Source: Gordius albopunctatus (lineage: Eukaryota). From it: a stretch of 64,000 bases of DNA. This document shows positions 63,412 to 64,000 of the stretch, piece after piece (position 1 is the first letter of the stretch; each line of letters opens with the position of its first letter). The position numbers were made by a program, and so were the translations under genes. Location: positions 20,708,001 to 20,772,000 of the forward strand of contig OZ193909.1 of assembly GCA_964276515.1 (NCBI GenBank), written 5' to 3'. A model generated the notes under the pieces. It did no database searches. It worked only from the letters and a program-made list of their open reading frames with translations, and was not told the origin of the DNA.

Positions 63412-64000
63412 ATGCTTCTATTTGGTCACGTTTTGTTTAAAGCAGCATTATTATTTACGACTACAACAGTGGAATTGCCAATATATCAATTTTCAATTTT
63501 TAATTTCGAAAGTAATGAACCATTCCTTCAAAGTTCCAACAACATTTCTTGCTCTACCCTATGCAAATGCTTGAAGGCTACCAAAAAAATCTTAATTCAA
63601 TGTAGAGGGGCAATCAAAGAAGATGAATTAACTAAAACAATTAGTACGATAACTACGACATACTTTGACGTCTCGGTACTTTGGTTAGATTTAATCAACA
63701 AACACGATTTTCCAGATCCTTTTCCTCAATTGAAATCTTTGTTGGCAATTAAACTAAAGGTTCCAAGATTAAAATTATCTCATACCGGCATTAAATTCAT
63801 CAATCGTGACACTTTTAATGGTATGACCGAAATCGAGGTTTTAGATCTATCGTACAATTTTTTATCGACGTTAGAAGGAAGCATATTTGAGGGATTGTAT
63901 ATGCTGATGGCTTTGAATCTTGAATTTAACAAAATTCTCAATTTTGACATCAGCATATTAAGTTCTAATCATGAATTGACAACTTTGGATATATCGAGTA
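63412..64000 (+). CDS. Extracellular leucine-rich-repeat protein (partial, runs off the window)
   Basis: Stop-free frame MLLFGHVLFKAALLF... with an LRRNT-like CSTLCKC...IQC and LRRs LKLSHTGI, IEVLDLSYNFL, LMALNLEFNKI, LTTLDISS. Not in the ORF track. Confidence 0.75.
   Translation, partial: MLLFGHVLFKAALLFTTTTVELPIYQFSIFNFESNEPFLQSSNNISCSTLCKCLKATKKILIQCRGAIKEDELTKTISTITTTYFDVSVLWLDLINKHDFPDPFPQLKSLLAIKLKVPRLKLSHTGIKFINRDTFNGMTEIEVLDLSYNFLSTLEGSIFEGLYMLMALNLEFNKILNFDISILSSNHELTTLDISS

Overview
AT-rich, intron-containing eukaryotic (animal-like) DNA packed with transposons: RTE and CRE non-LTR elements, Ty3/Gypsy, hAT elements and MITEs, and Helitrons. One host gene appears intact: a minus-strand, 8-exon RUN + Rubicon-homology (PLEKHM1-like) gene at 23534-28937. 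It is flanked on both sides by diverged copies of itself carrying a totivirus-like (dsRNA virus) endogenous element, which in copy B replaces about 1.26 kb of the gene's middle. In both copies the host exons have decayed but the viral capsid ORF is open. Copy B encodes 894 aa (37496-40180). Copy A has at least 533 stop-free codons running off the left edge (1-1599) and is missing from the ORF track. The viral polymerase behind the GGAUUUU -1 slippery site is broken. The two capsids differ in dense clusters of amino-acid changes, and every indel between them is in frame. This looks like a co-opted, duplicated and diversifying viral-capsid gene family using a host gene's exon scaffold; function is inferred, not shown. 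A 1.8-kb virus/host/TE chimeric piece has also been copied into a Gypsy element nested in a CRE element nested in a Helitron. An LRR-protein ORF starts at the right edge. All family calls come from motif recognition by eye; no database search was run.
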